64,000 nucleotides of DNA from Tubiluchus corallicola. Lineage: Eukaryota > Animalia > Priapulida. The number at the start of each line of letters is the position of its first letter. Position 1 is the first letter of the stretch. Positions 49,301 through 59,053 of this stretch are shown here, in pieces. Position numbers and translations under genes: made by a program. A model generated the notes under the pieces. The model made no database searches and was not told where the DNA came from. It worked only from the letters and a program-made list of their open reading frames with translations. The DNA lies in the NCBI GenBank assembly GCA_030141605.1, contig JAQGDQ010000262.1, positions 216,978-280,977 on the forward strand, written 5' to 3'.

Positions 49301-51206
49301 CTTTATGTTGAGACAATATTCATGAGCAATTTTTCTTTGTGATACGCCTGGATTAGAGACAGAGCTAAAGTGGAAACAGGCATAGGGCCGATTACAGCCA
49401 AAAGATTGTGATTACATTCATGGCAGTGTCATAAACACTGTGACTACAATTATAGTAGAAAAGTGATGATTACAATTACCATTAAATAGATAAGACTACT
49501 ATTATAATTACATTAATTATTTCATTCAAAGCTAGCAGAATAGTTAGTGTCTTTTGACAAGTTTCCAATACTGTTGTCTCTTTATCTGGCACAGACACTT
49601 AACTGAATGGCAGAATGTACGATGCAGGGCGCAATTTTCACAATTTCAATGAAGAATAAAACACTATTGAAACTTTTAATGTAAAACCAAATAAAGAAAA
49701 AACTGTTATTTATTTCACTTTGTTGACGATTCAATAGTATGTCTATTTCGTGTGGTAATGAGATCGTTTGATTTGCACACGTATTAAAATAACATGTGTT
49801 CAGCATGGACAGGAAGTCTGCCACCCTGATCTGGTGATACTTCCTGTTGTCTAATTACTACTACTACCTATTGCAGACTTTGGAACTAAAGTTTGGCTCT
49901 CTGGCAGTCCACAATCTGTAAAAGTTCACTTGGTTGCACATAAAATTCACGAGAAATGCTATCTTTCATGCCTTGAGCGATTAGTCAGACTGGTTTCTCA
50001 CTATCATAACTGGAGCGTTTTGAGCTTGTACTAGGCTGCAAAAACGTTGCAGAAAAACAATCTATATGTTTAAGTAGGACACCAAAAATTTACTTTTTTG
50101 GCCACAGAAAGAAATGACTGGTTTACTGCACATTTGTTCCACAGAAAACAATAATACTGATTACCAGACTAGATTTTTTGTGAAAACGAGTAGAAATATA
50201 ATGGAGGCTGGATCTTTGATGGTAGATTTCTTGCTAAAACGTTGGGTAAGAAATTCAGCTCTGAACTGAAAAGTGAAGAGGGAAGAATGAGGGATCACGC
50301 GTATAAATATAAGAATGTACAATATAGCAGACTCAATGTACGAAAACGATTTTTCACGGTGTTAACACCAAAGTTATGGAATAAGTTACCAGAATACGGC
50401 CATCTTTGAATGTTTTTAAGAACTATCTAAACAAGAATTTTGGAACTGTGAATACACACAGACAGACCCCAGGGAGTATCTTAGCAGACAGACACAAGCT
50501 TTTTAACATAACCAAAAAAAACTTGATGTTCAAACTGAGAGAGATTTTTCATGCGAATAGTTAAGCATTGTCAAGACCCTCAACAGGCAACAGCCTATCA
50601 CGGAAGACGGCCACGAATGGTACCTGCATGCAAAGTAAGAATTTAAGGCTCACTAGTGGCCATGAATTCAATCACATCTGCATCCAAGAGCATTTTATAG
50701 TTTTCTTTGTTTATGAATATTTAAGTTTTAAATTCATCTGCTGTTAAATATGTACATTGTACACTGATGTGCATTAAGTTAATTCCTTTAATGTTTAACC
50801 GAAAGTTAATTTAATACACTACTAAGTCCAAGGACCAAAAAAGCAGTAACACTAACTCGCATTAGAAAAAATAATTTACTTCCAAGTGACAACAAAACAT
50901 GGAACTAGCGCATATACAAGTCAAGTGAGCCTATTCAGATAACAATAACATTAAAGCGAAAAATGTTTAGCAACATGAACCTGAGTAATACCAAAAAATA
51001 TTTAGCGTCAAGAATCTCAGTGAGACCACGAAAACTACTTTGATAAAAACTATAATTAATAATCGAACCTCCAAAGTGAAGCTTCTGCAGATATTTCCGA
51101 ACGACAGCCACGCTTTTTCTTGCGTATCTTTGTCCATGTTGAGATCCAAACAAAGGTTATTGAAGCGCTCTTCAACATTCTGGTCACCTTCTTCAGAAAA
51201 CCCCAT
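22511..51206 (-). CDS. RBL1: Retinoblastoma-like pocket protein (p107/p130 type, co-orthologue of RBL1/RBL2); complete, 23 coding exons, about 1035 aa
   Basis: Exons 51206-51069, 48103-47970, 46297-46097, 44152-44088, 43463-43338, 42445-42285, 41841-41777, 40315-40135, 39297-39128, 37347-37266, 36715-36578, 35058-34976, 34870-34750, 31568-31470, 30711-30597, 29891-29784, 27702-27563, 27104-26928, 26273-26202, 25051-24928, 24749-24598, 23541-23308, 22732-22511 sum to 3108 nt with consistent phases and GT-AG ends. Motifs: HWLACALYVACR, EGNCVSLTRLLRS, GDFDERIFLG, TPVSTATQSVSRL, pocket A (ESLYYKALENIM, PYHFYKVIEV), spacer cyclin-binding SAKRRLF, pocket B (GSLALFFRKVYHL, DRHIDQLLMC, RGDLINFYN). 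Confidence 0.95.
23063..23208. repeat. 43-bp tandem repeat, about 3.4 copies
   Basis: AAATCATAATTATGGTGTACTCTAAAAAGATACGTGGGAGGTC starts at 23064, 23107, 23150 and 23193. Confidence 0.9.
23802..24288. mobile_element. 6-bp-TSD MITE family B, copy 1
   Basis: TIR CAGGGATGA(G/T)AAT / ATTCTCATCCCTG; TSD TAGTAA. Confidence 0.85.
25270..25410 (-). mobile_element. Retroposon 3'-end remnant with (GAATTT)n tail
   Basis: Homologous to about 62075-62240 (CAAACTACAATAA..CAAATATACATG..ACAACTTCTT..TATAATTGAAAAC..GGTAGC..AAAAGGGGAC). Confidence 0.55.
26408..26646 (-). mobile_element. LINE/SINE 3' end with stem-loop, AATAAA and (CTTG)n tail
   Basis: (CAAG)n at 26408-26483 abuts TTTATT; inverted arms AGGGTGGC / GCCACCCT at 26600-26641. 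Confidence 0.55.
28536..29049. mobile_element. 6-bp-TSD MITE family B, copy 2 (longest)
   Basis: TIR CAGGGATGAGAAT / ATTCTCATCCCTG; TSD CTTCTA. Confidence 0.85.
29885..30296. repeat. 41-bp minisatellite, 10 copies, each containing the RBL exon 16 acceptor
   Basis: Unit GTGACATCTATGAATAAGCAAATAAAACACAATAGATATCA at 41-nt spacing from 29885 to 30254. Confidence 0.96.
31095..31357. repeat. (GA)n / purine-rich microsatellite
   Basis: Direct reading. Confidence 0.95.
32430..32990 (-). mobile_element. Decayed RTE-like LINE ORF fragment
   Basis: Minus-strand peptide with stops: TKIRIFSASVETVLLYNSELWTL...IDAFQRR...ILGIRWPKKISTKDLY...RRRLR*IGHMLRL, typical of the RTE post-RT region. Confidence 0.7.
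34434..34741 (+). mobile_element. tRNA-derived SINE (Meta/MESC-like core) with (TTA)n tail
   Basis: tRNA-like head with B box GAGTTCGAACC; core GGGTCATACCAAAGACTTTAAAAATGGTAC; AATAAA then (TTA)n. Confidence 0.75.
35388..36079. mobile_element. Kolobok-like non-autonomous DNA transposon
   Basis: TTAA-AGGACAAGAAAA...TTTTCTTGTGCT-TTAA. Confidence 0.6.
38322..38683. mobile_element. TTCGAA-rich MITE
   Basis: TIR TAGGGGTGAGCAT / ATGCTCACCCCTA with many subterminal TTCGAA motifs. Confidence 0.75.
40436..40802. mobile_element. 6-bp-TSD MITE family B, copy 3 (internally deleted)
   Basis: TIR CAGGGATGAGAAT / ATTCTCATCCTTG; TSD CAGCAT. Confidence 0.85.
41085..41567. mobile_element. hAT-like MITE family A, copy 2
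   Basis: TIR CAGGGGTGTGCAAAT; perfect 8-bp TSD TCGTAAAC. Confidence 0.88.
44371..44808. mobile_element. Tc1-mariner (Tc2/pogo-like) MITE
   Basis: Perfect TIR CCGTATTTTCCCGTGTATAAGAGACCC flanked by TA. Confidence 0.85.
46781..47284. repeat. 96-bp tandem repeat, about 5.25 copies
   Basis: Units start at 46781, 46877, 46973, 47069, 47165 and 47261 (TGAATCAACTTTTG...). Confidence 0.95.
47320..47927. mobile_element. pogo/Tigger-like MITE with duplicated right end
   Basis: TCGCGG subterminal motifs; right end ...GAGGGAACACTG-TA; the last 47 bp or so are tandemly duplicated (47830-47924); left TIR decayed. Confidence 0.55.
50281..50440 (+). mobile_element. CR1/L2-like LINE ORF2 C-terminal remnant
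   Basis: Peptide GRMRDHAYKYKNVQYSRLNVRKRFFTVLTPKLWNKLPE (RGH..RL..RK.FF....WN.LP pattern). Confidence 0.6.
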
Positions 51207-51304
51207 TTTCTGATGTTAAATAAAAAAATTAATCGACAATGGCTACATAAATTTAGAAACAGCAAACCAAACCGATCAAAGCGACGCTAGGCGTCTTCCC
51301 GAAT

Positions 51305-51314
51305 GGCGCGAAAA
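51305..51314 (-). promoter_or_regulatory. E2F binding site upstream of the RBL start codon
   Basis: TTTTCGCGCC on the coding strand about 100 nt upstream of the ATG, in a CpG-rich patch; GC box GGGCGGGGC at 51545-51553. Confidence 0.6.
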
Positions 51315-54300
51315 CTGGCCTACTCGCGCTCCAAAGCGGTTTTTGTCAGAAAATAGTTCTATTATTTACCCACTGAAAAACTACAAACAAGTTGAAACTC
51401 AATTTTTTCTAATACGCTAAACAAAAATAAGTAAACTCCGAAGGTGTTAGAGAGCAATGTTAGATTAAATTTCGTCATGGCTTTTGTGAAAGTTATTTTG
51501 GAACCCTGCGGATTGATTTTGTGTTGGTATCATACAGTCTATTTGGGCGGGGCTAAACGAGTAAACGTAGGCGTACGACAGATCCCGGACGCAGCTTTGG
51601 ATGCACTAATCCGATGGAAAATCAGGCATATTGATGTTGATCATAAGTTATGAATTTCTGATTATGGTTAGGATTTTTTAAAAACTTAAGTCTGACCAGG
51701 GATTTATTCGGAGATATTTTTATCTGATACACGAAAGATACTCACTATATATAAATTGTACTGCTTGTACAATAAAAACGTTGTGCAAATGTGCAGCAGG
51801 ACCAGATACCTGCATGTTTCTTGAAATCATTTAATAAAATTTTAATGTTGGACATCTAAAAAGTTAAATTGTGTGACGGTTGGAGTATTGGTTTCCAACC
51901 AGTTTCTAGCATTTGAAGATTATACTGACTGGATAACTTTTTTATGTGATGGCTGTAGTTGGACCGAACAGTATAACTCTCAAAGATAAGATATTAAGCA
52001 CTCGCAAAGTAAAATGTTAAGTCGACGGTCTTACAAATGTGCAGACACATGCACGTGTATCCTTCTTGAATGAGAAAAAATGTCAGCAATATACAGGTGA
52101 CAGATCAGTAGATCGGTGTAATTAGTATTTTCCACCCGTCCACCACTCACCTGTACAATTATAACCATTTATTTAGACGAAACAATATCTAGGAGCCTAA
52201 AATCGCGTATAGCAATTGAAATTAAGAAACACACAGTAACAAACAGGTGATTGCCATGAAAATCGCTTTTTGGTGATTTAAGCTATAGCAATGTTTCCGA
52301 CTGTTTTTCTCATGTCGGTATGTGGCCAAAGCTATCTCTTTTGATTCGCAATCTCTTTGACTAGCAGCAAGATTTCGGTCCTGCCACAAGAAAAAAATAA
52401 AAATTAGCTTCTGTCGTTAAGTGCTGGATATCAGGATGAAAACATAGCACACACCTTAGCCACTGCTGTAGCACAAAATTGATCTATAACAATTCGAAGA
52501 TTCTATATCTATGTAGGAAGAAATCATGAGTGACAAAATGTGAGTCATCGTAGATTTGGCAAGTTGTTTCACGCTGTGCTACAACGTGCTGTCTGCTTAA
52601 ACTAGAAGTGGAAAATTCTTTTTAGCTCAAAGTACAGGCTTAATAGTTAACAGTATAACTGAAATTCGGAACCGTGTGCGAATGAAACAAAATTTTGAGT
52701 GCTTCTCAAAGTAAAAGTGACTGTTATGCTCGATAGATGGCAGCACAACCACGTAGGAGATCGAAGTCGAGAAATGATTCAGTTTCAGTATGTAAAAGCG
52801 CGTTCGGATTAACGAGTTTTCTGGCCAAATAACTAGCGAAATAACTCGCAAACGTGTTTAGACTAGAGAACAAAACTTGCTGAGAGTTACTCTACGACAC
52901 TAAGTGCGAGCTGACCGTCACTTTTCTATTCGCTGCAACAACTGTCGGAGAGTTTGCAATTTCTTGCAGCACTTCACACTTGTGGGTTTGCTTTCAGAAA
53001 GAACACTCGGCAGTATGAATGCTCCGTAACGTCCTTGCTTCAGACCAAGTCTAAAGCCAACTTGGAGTGTGGTAGATTCTTTACAACGTCGGTTGTAAAA
53101 AATAACTAGTACCAGAAAATCCTAGCTTTAAGACAATTGACATATAAACGCAAGAAGTTTTCAATAAAAATTAAACAATTAAGACTAAGACAGTCCCACC
53201 ATTTGTTAGTCCATTTGGGAGCAAATGGCCTAAATCTTGGAAGCATGAGTACTACCCAGCAGTACCTAAAACGCTGCTGGTATTAAAATATTGTAATTAA
53301 GTGACTAATAATTATTAAACAGACTGGTAGTCAATTGACTGACTATACTGTTGTCGAACTAACTGCCAAAATCACGGACATTGATAATTAACGAAGTAAC
53401 TGGCTAACTGACTGACTAACTAAGTGACTTATTAACTGATGACTAACTGACTGACTAATAAAAATAGGTGTTAGTAATCATAAAACGCAGAAAGTATCTA
53501 TTGATTTTATTTGCATATTACTGTAGTTTGGAGAGAAATAGTAGTTTTTTTCGTAGAATCATTCACTGCACTACCGGGAAATCAGTCAAATTGCTTTGCC
53601 GTTGTTGTTACCGGATGTACGTTTACGTGCCCCTGGACACTACTGGAAACTAGTTGTGATAGGTAGATTTCATAACCATGAAGCAAGAAAAAAGAAAGAA
53701 AAAAGTTCGGAAGCAACTATTAAAAATATGATTTTGTATTATCCATTCGTAACACTTTGTTCATAACTTGTTTAGGTACAGGAGGCAAACAGATCAGCTT
53801 TTGTTTCATGTTTTACATGTTCAAAGCCTTTGTTTCGTTTTTTAAATACGCTTTGTTGGAATCAAATAGGTTTCTGATCTCATAATTGCAGCGTCTCTAA
53901 TTATAAACTTGTGCAACAGGGCGCGAGTTTGCATTCCTCCAAGGTTGTGACTTGTTGGGCTGGTTTGCTGGAGGTAGGAAGACGGTGAGAGGACAATGTA
54001 CTGGTCACAGGGCTATCGCTCGTTTTGTGATGGCGGCAGTGATGGGTGCCTCTTGTTAAACACCCTCTCATTTTCAGTGAAATGTCAATTGAACTTCGTT
54101 TTAATTTCCGTTAATACAATATTGAAAATATACAGGGGTAGCGAATTGAAATATTAAATCGCTGTATAAAATACAAGATTTCTCTTCAATTCAAATACGT
54201 TTATTGTAGACGACGGAGATGAAAATGCGAAGAAAAGGTTATTAGTTGAAATTTTGTAAAATCTTCAAGTCTAGAACCACACAATTCGTCACTTGACAGT

Positions 54301-54825
54301 CTTTTCATAAGATGCTACATTTTGTATCTTGCAAGCCGGGAAACTTTCGCAAGTAAAAGTGCATCAGTGTTTTACATGAACAGGTTAATTTAATAATGTC
54401 AAGCATTTTCGACTTGGTTATCGCAAAATCAGAAAAGTTTACCCAAAAGAATTATGTGGAGCAATACACTAACCAGGCTTAGGAAGGCATCTTTTAGTTG
54501 AAAGTTTTCAAATGATACAATCTTTTTAAAATTCATTGGTTGTTTGGTATTGTGAGTTTTGCTACTACTGTATATATATATATATTTTTTCTGACAGAAT
54601 ATATATATATTCTGTCAGTCAGTTAGTCAATTAGTAAGTTAGTAAGCCAGCCAGCCTTTTTATTGTTTCTTTCTTTTTTCTTTCTATTTTAATTTACGAA
54701 TCCATTTTCTCCCTTTGTTTTTTCCTTTCGGTCGTCTTTTTACTTCTTATTTTTCTTTTTTGCCTTTTCTTTTTCATTCATTCACTGTTTTATTCGTTCA
54801 TCTGCTCGATCATTCATTTTTCTTT

Positions 54826-55217
54826 CTTTCCTTCCTTCCTTCCTTCCTTCCTTCCTTCCTTCCTTCCTTCCTTCCTTCCTTCCTTCCTTCCTTCCTTCCT
54901 TCCTTCCTTCCTCCATCTTCGGTTTACTTATTCTTTTTTCCATTATTCACTTGTTCATTTATTCTGTCAGTCAGTTAGTCAATTAGTAAGCTAGTAAGCC
55001 AGCCAGTCAGTCCACCAATCAGAAGGTTGGTTGAACGGTCGCTCAGTTACTAATTGGTCAGTAAATCAGTCAGTCAGTCAGTTAGTCAGTCCAGTGAACT
55101 AGTACTCCATAGTCAGTCCAAAGTCGGTCAGTAGTCAGTCGGCTAGTCAGTCAGCCAGTCAGTCAGTCAACCAGTCAGTCAGTCCAGTGAGCTGGTACTC
55201 AGTCAGTCCATAGTCGG

Positions 55218-55288
<71 letters not shown>

Positions 55289-55440
55289 GTCAGTCAGTCA
55301 GCCCAGTGAGCTAGTTCTCAGTCAGTCCATAGTCGGCCAATAGTCAGTCAGCTAGTCAGGCAGTCAGCCAGCCAGTCAGTCAGCCGGTCAGTTAGCCAGT
55401 CAGTCAGCCAGTCAGTCAGCTATTCAGACAGCCAGTCAGC
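54826..55440. repeat. Microsatellite cluster (TTCC)n, (CAGT)n, (CAAT)n
   Basis: Direct reading. Confidence 0.9.
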
Positions 55441-56885
55441 TATTTATCCATCTATGAAATTCATGTGCCTGATGGATGGATGATACTTTTTCTCAATTTA
55501 CACGAGATCGGAATTGTTCACAGATTAAATAAGTAGAAATATGTACGGCCGTCGCCTAACCTGCCAGTGTTACAGCAGTAAGGCAGATCTTTGCCGTCTC
55601 TCTCACCTGGTTTGTGGAACTGCCCGCTTCAACCTGTCGCACAGCCTAATGCTGCTGCAGGCGAGTACACATACAAGGAAGCAGCGTCAATCGCTCAGCA
55701 CCGCACTATCTCATCCGAGTCAGGCCAAAAGGTTTTTGAACCAGAGTTTGTGACAGCAGCGGTGCAGATGGAATGCAAGATGGTTTGTTGATCAGACGCG
55801 TTTAGGATCGCGTCGCTTAATGACAGGTGTATAGACGGCAGGTAAACCTGGCGAGAAACAGCTGGCTACGGATTTCCAATTTACTGGGAAAAGAAACTTT
55901 TTAAGTGGACTGTTCGTATTCTGTTGTGCTGTACACGGGCTTGGAATGTTAATCAAATCTTGGCCATAATTTGGCGGGCCACGAGAAGAACTGAGAGATA
56001 GACTTCTTCAAATTCTGCGATGAGTTTGTAAATCGTTTGGTAAGTAATTCAGAAGTCAGAAATTAGAAATGTCTTATTGCCTTTGTATAAGAAAATCAAG
56101 TTATAACAATACATAATTAATTCGCAAAGTCAAAAAAAAGTTTAGCTGAAAAACAATAAACCTGTTTTTTTGCTAATTCTTTGCTGTACCACTGAAGCTC
56201 TAGATAAAATTTTAATGTTTATTGAGATTTCAAAGCGTCGAGCTTCGACAAAATTTTGTAACAGTAATAAATCCATTCTGAATATTATGGCCGTGTAGCC
56301 ATGATAGCCCTTCTACGTTCAAGTTATTAGTACCTTTTCTAAATGCGCTTAGCAGTCTACTGAGGCTAGACGATGACCTTGAAGACTCCTGGGACGTCCA
56401 GAATCACGTAGGCCTAAAATGGACTTGAATTATTTTTGAAGTATTAGTAAGACGGCGCGGGTATATGACAAACCTGCTGTTTACGTTTGTGGTAAATTCA
56501 CAAAGTTCGTATGAATAATGGATCCGGGAAGATAAGATTTGCCACCTACTTGGTGAGAGCTATATGGTATAGGCCTATAATTATGTTGTAATAACTGTAC
56601 TGTTCTACAGCTATTACCAAACAAGCTATACTAGTTACAATGTATGGCTGGCTGGTAGCATACACAAATTGATGCCCGCAGTATAAGTGCTTTAAAGTGA
56701 TAATACGTAGATCTTAGAAGCTTGTGAAGTGCAAAAACTTCCTTATTTACTATCATATGGAAATTATTACGTGTTTGATTTAGCAGTAACCGTCTTGTAC
56801 GGTATTTGATGTTGAACTTTGTTCTCCAGCGCTGTTCTATTCGGAATCGCAGAGTCGTTCATTATTCTTATAATGTTGTTCTTAA

Positions 56886-57207
56886 CCCTTTCATATCCGT
56901 TGTATCTCGTGGGATACGAGAATATTTTCTGCCTTTAAATTTAATAAAATTTGAAAACTGACAGTTATTTGATCTGTTAATAGTTATTTTGATTTAAGCC
57001 AATAACAATAGACTAAAAACAGTGATAAAATGGTAAACTAAAAAATCTACATAGCACAAAAAACTGTGCAAGGTACAGTACTTTAGAGATGACTTTGTAC
57101 AGGGAGAAAAAAATTATTATTATGTGTAAACAAGATGGTCATACTGAACAAAAGTACCAAGCCAAAAAAAATTTTCTTATTAAAAAAACAATTTGGGACT
57201 GAAAGGG
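56886..57207. mobile_element. piggyBac-like MITE, copy 2 (internal deletion)
   Basis: TTAA-CCCTTTCA...TGAAAGGG-TTAA; homologous to 15957-16413. Confidence 0.8.
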
Positions 57208-57659
57208 TTAATTTTTTGATTGACAAAATAAGGAAACTTCATACTGCAAAGTATTTTTATAACGATATTGTCTTTTTGCGAAAATATACTGTAGATCACC
57301 AGTTATATACAGCATTAAATACCGGAATTTGCGTATTCGGTGAAAAAGTGTCTTGTTGCTACTTACAGCTAATGTGTGGATGCGGCATTTCCTAATTCTG
57401 TCAGCATCCTGTTGCTTGGTAACGCTTGGTCGCTCAGTTGCCTCAAATTCGCGCTGCGTAACCAAAATTTACTGTACCTTTAGCAAATTTTTTTTTGTAC
57501 AACAGGAGTATGGCACTGCAATTGATGTGATATTTTTGTCATTGCTCTAAAAAATAATTATGTAGAACATAGTTTACATATTTTATTCTGAGAATTTTTG
57601 ATAGAAATTTCTTACAATTCAAAAATCAGTGTAATAAAAACACAAAAAAGAATCATTAT

Positions 57660-57960
57660 GAACTGAGATCCAGATTGACCCCATATGCTTTTCTTGGTTT
57701 GATATGCACTATTGTGACCTTGACCTTGAACTGACCTTTCATTTCCACTTTTTAATATTAGTAGTTGGTTTTTAGAATATATTTAGCATTGGGTTTTTAG
57801 ATGTATGTTAGAATATTGGTTTTTGTTATTAGGGAAAAATTTCTCTCCCATTGTGCAAATCCAAATAAACGGACGACAAACTACTTAGGACGGACGAATG
57901 AACATACAGCAACAATAACAACCACAAAGTGACATTGACCTTGGCTTCTATGTGTCAGGT
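57660..57960 (+). mobile_element. Possible Helentron-associated (HINE-like) remnant
   Basis: TGACCTTGACCTT repeats, an ACGGACG/ACA microsatellite-like stretch and a short terminal TGACCT...CAGGT segment; decayed. Confidence 0.35.
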
Positions 57961-58045
57961 ATAGAGAAGAGATAAAGCCGAGTTTCAACTGTATTATTTA
58001 GCACAGAGAAGAATTGTTCATGCAGTAGGTTGTATCAAGTGTGAT

Positions 58046-58420
58046 CAGAGCCTATTTCAGCCTAAGCGAGGCCCAGGGAAGTGGGGCGCATGAGGCCCCT
58101 CGGGGGGGGGGGCGCCACAATGGTTGGTGCCCAGAAAATTTTCGAACTGCTAGAACGCCGGAGAAGCATTTTCGAAGAGAAAATATGGAGTTATACAGTT
58201 GTTAAAGGAAAGAAAAAATGAAAGAAAAACTGCTTTATTCTCAAGACCAGTCCTTAATACTTGTCAATACTGGCAAACGGCGCGCATCCGGCAAGAGAGA
58301 GAGAGAGAGAGGGAGAGAGGAGGCAGTATGTTCGCATAAAGCAAAAAAAAGTTACCTTGGCGCAAAGCCCCCCTGGAGGGTGGGGCCCCGGGGAAGTATC
58401 CCCCCCTGAAATAGGCCCCG
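58046..58420. mobile_element. hAT-like MITE
   Basis: TIR CAGAGCCTATTTCAG / CTGAAATAGGCCCCG; perfect 8-bp TSD AGTGTGAT. Confidence 0.8.
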
Positions 58421-58753
58421 AGTGTGATATAAGATATAGTTTATATTTCTTTCCAAGACTTGATGGATGATGACTAAATTGACGATAAAGTGAACGGGGA
58501 TCCCCAATTGCCAACTAATGCGAGCTAATCTGTTTAGACGACGCGCTGCGTATGCGGATGTAGAGAGCGTCAGTTTCCGGTTGTCTCTGGTTCCTGGTTT
58601 CTGTCGCAGATGGCATCTGGATGAGTGATGACAAATACCATAATGATAAGCACCTCAATAATCTATGAATGAGTTTTAATAGGTAATTTTAATGAGTTGT
58701 TTTACTTGTCCGGGTTCACAAATTAATAATTGAGTATGTACAAATGAATCCAG

Positions 58754-59053
58754 GTAATAAAGTCACAGGCAAAGAGTTACAGATGAAAAAGTTATAGAAA
58801 AAAGTCACAGAAAAAAGAAATAACCCTAACCCCAGTCCTAACCTTAACCATAAGCCTAACACTAACCCCATACCTAATCCTAACTCTAACCCTAACCCTA
58901 ACTATAAACCTACCCTAACCCTAACTATGACTTGAATATTTTTGTTTGATTACTTGACTTTATTTCCTAGCCAAAATTGGGACTTTTTTCTTTCGAGTTT
59001 TTTCCTAGCCAAAATGGCGACTTTTTGATGACTTTTTCCTGTGACTGTATTAC
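58754..59053. mobile_element. Foldback element with central degenerate (CCTAAC)n tract
   Basis: Arms GTAATAAAGTCACAGG / CCTGTGACTGTATTAC; AAAAGTCAC sub-repeats; TAACCC repeats at 58821-58926. Confidence 0.6.

Noticed and set aside
55541-55791. Overlapping short ORFs in a GC-richer patch
   Set aside because: No recognisable domain or consistent splice frame; at most a UTR exon.
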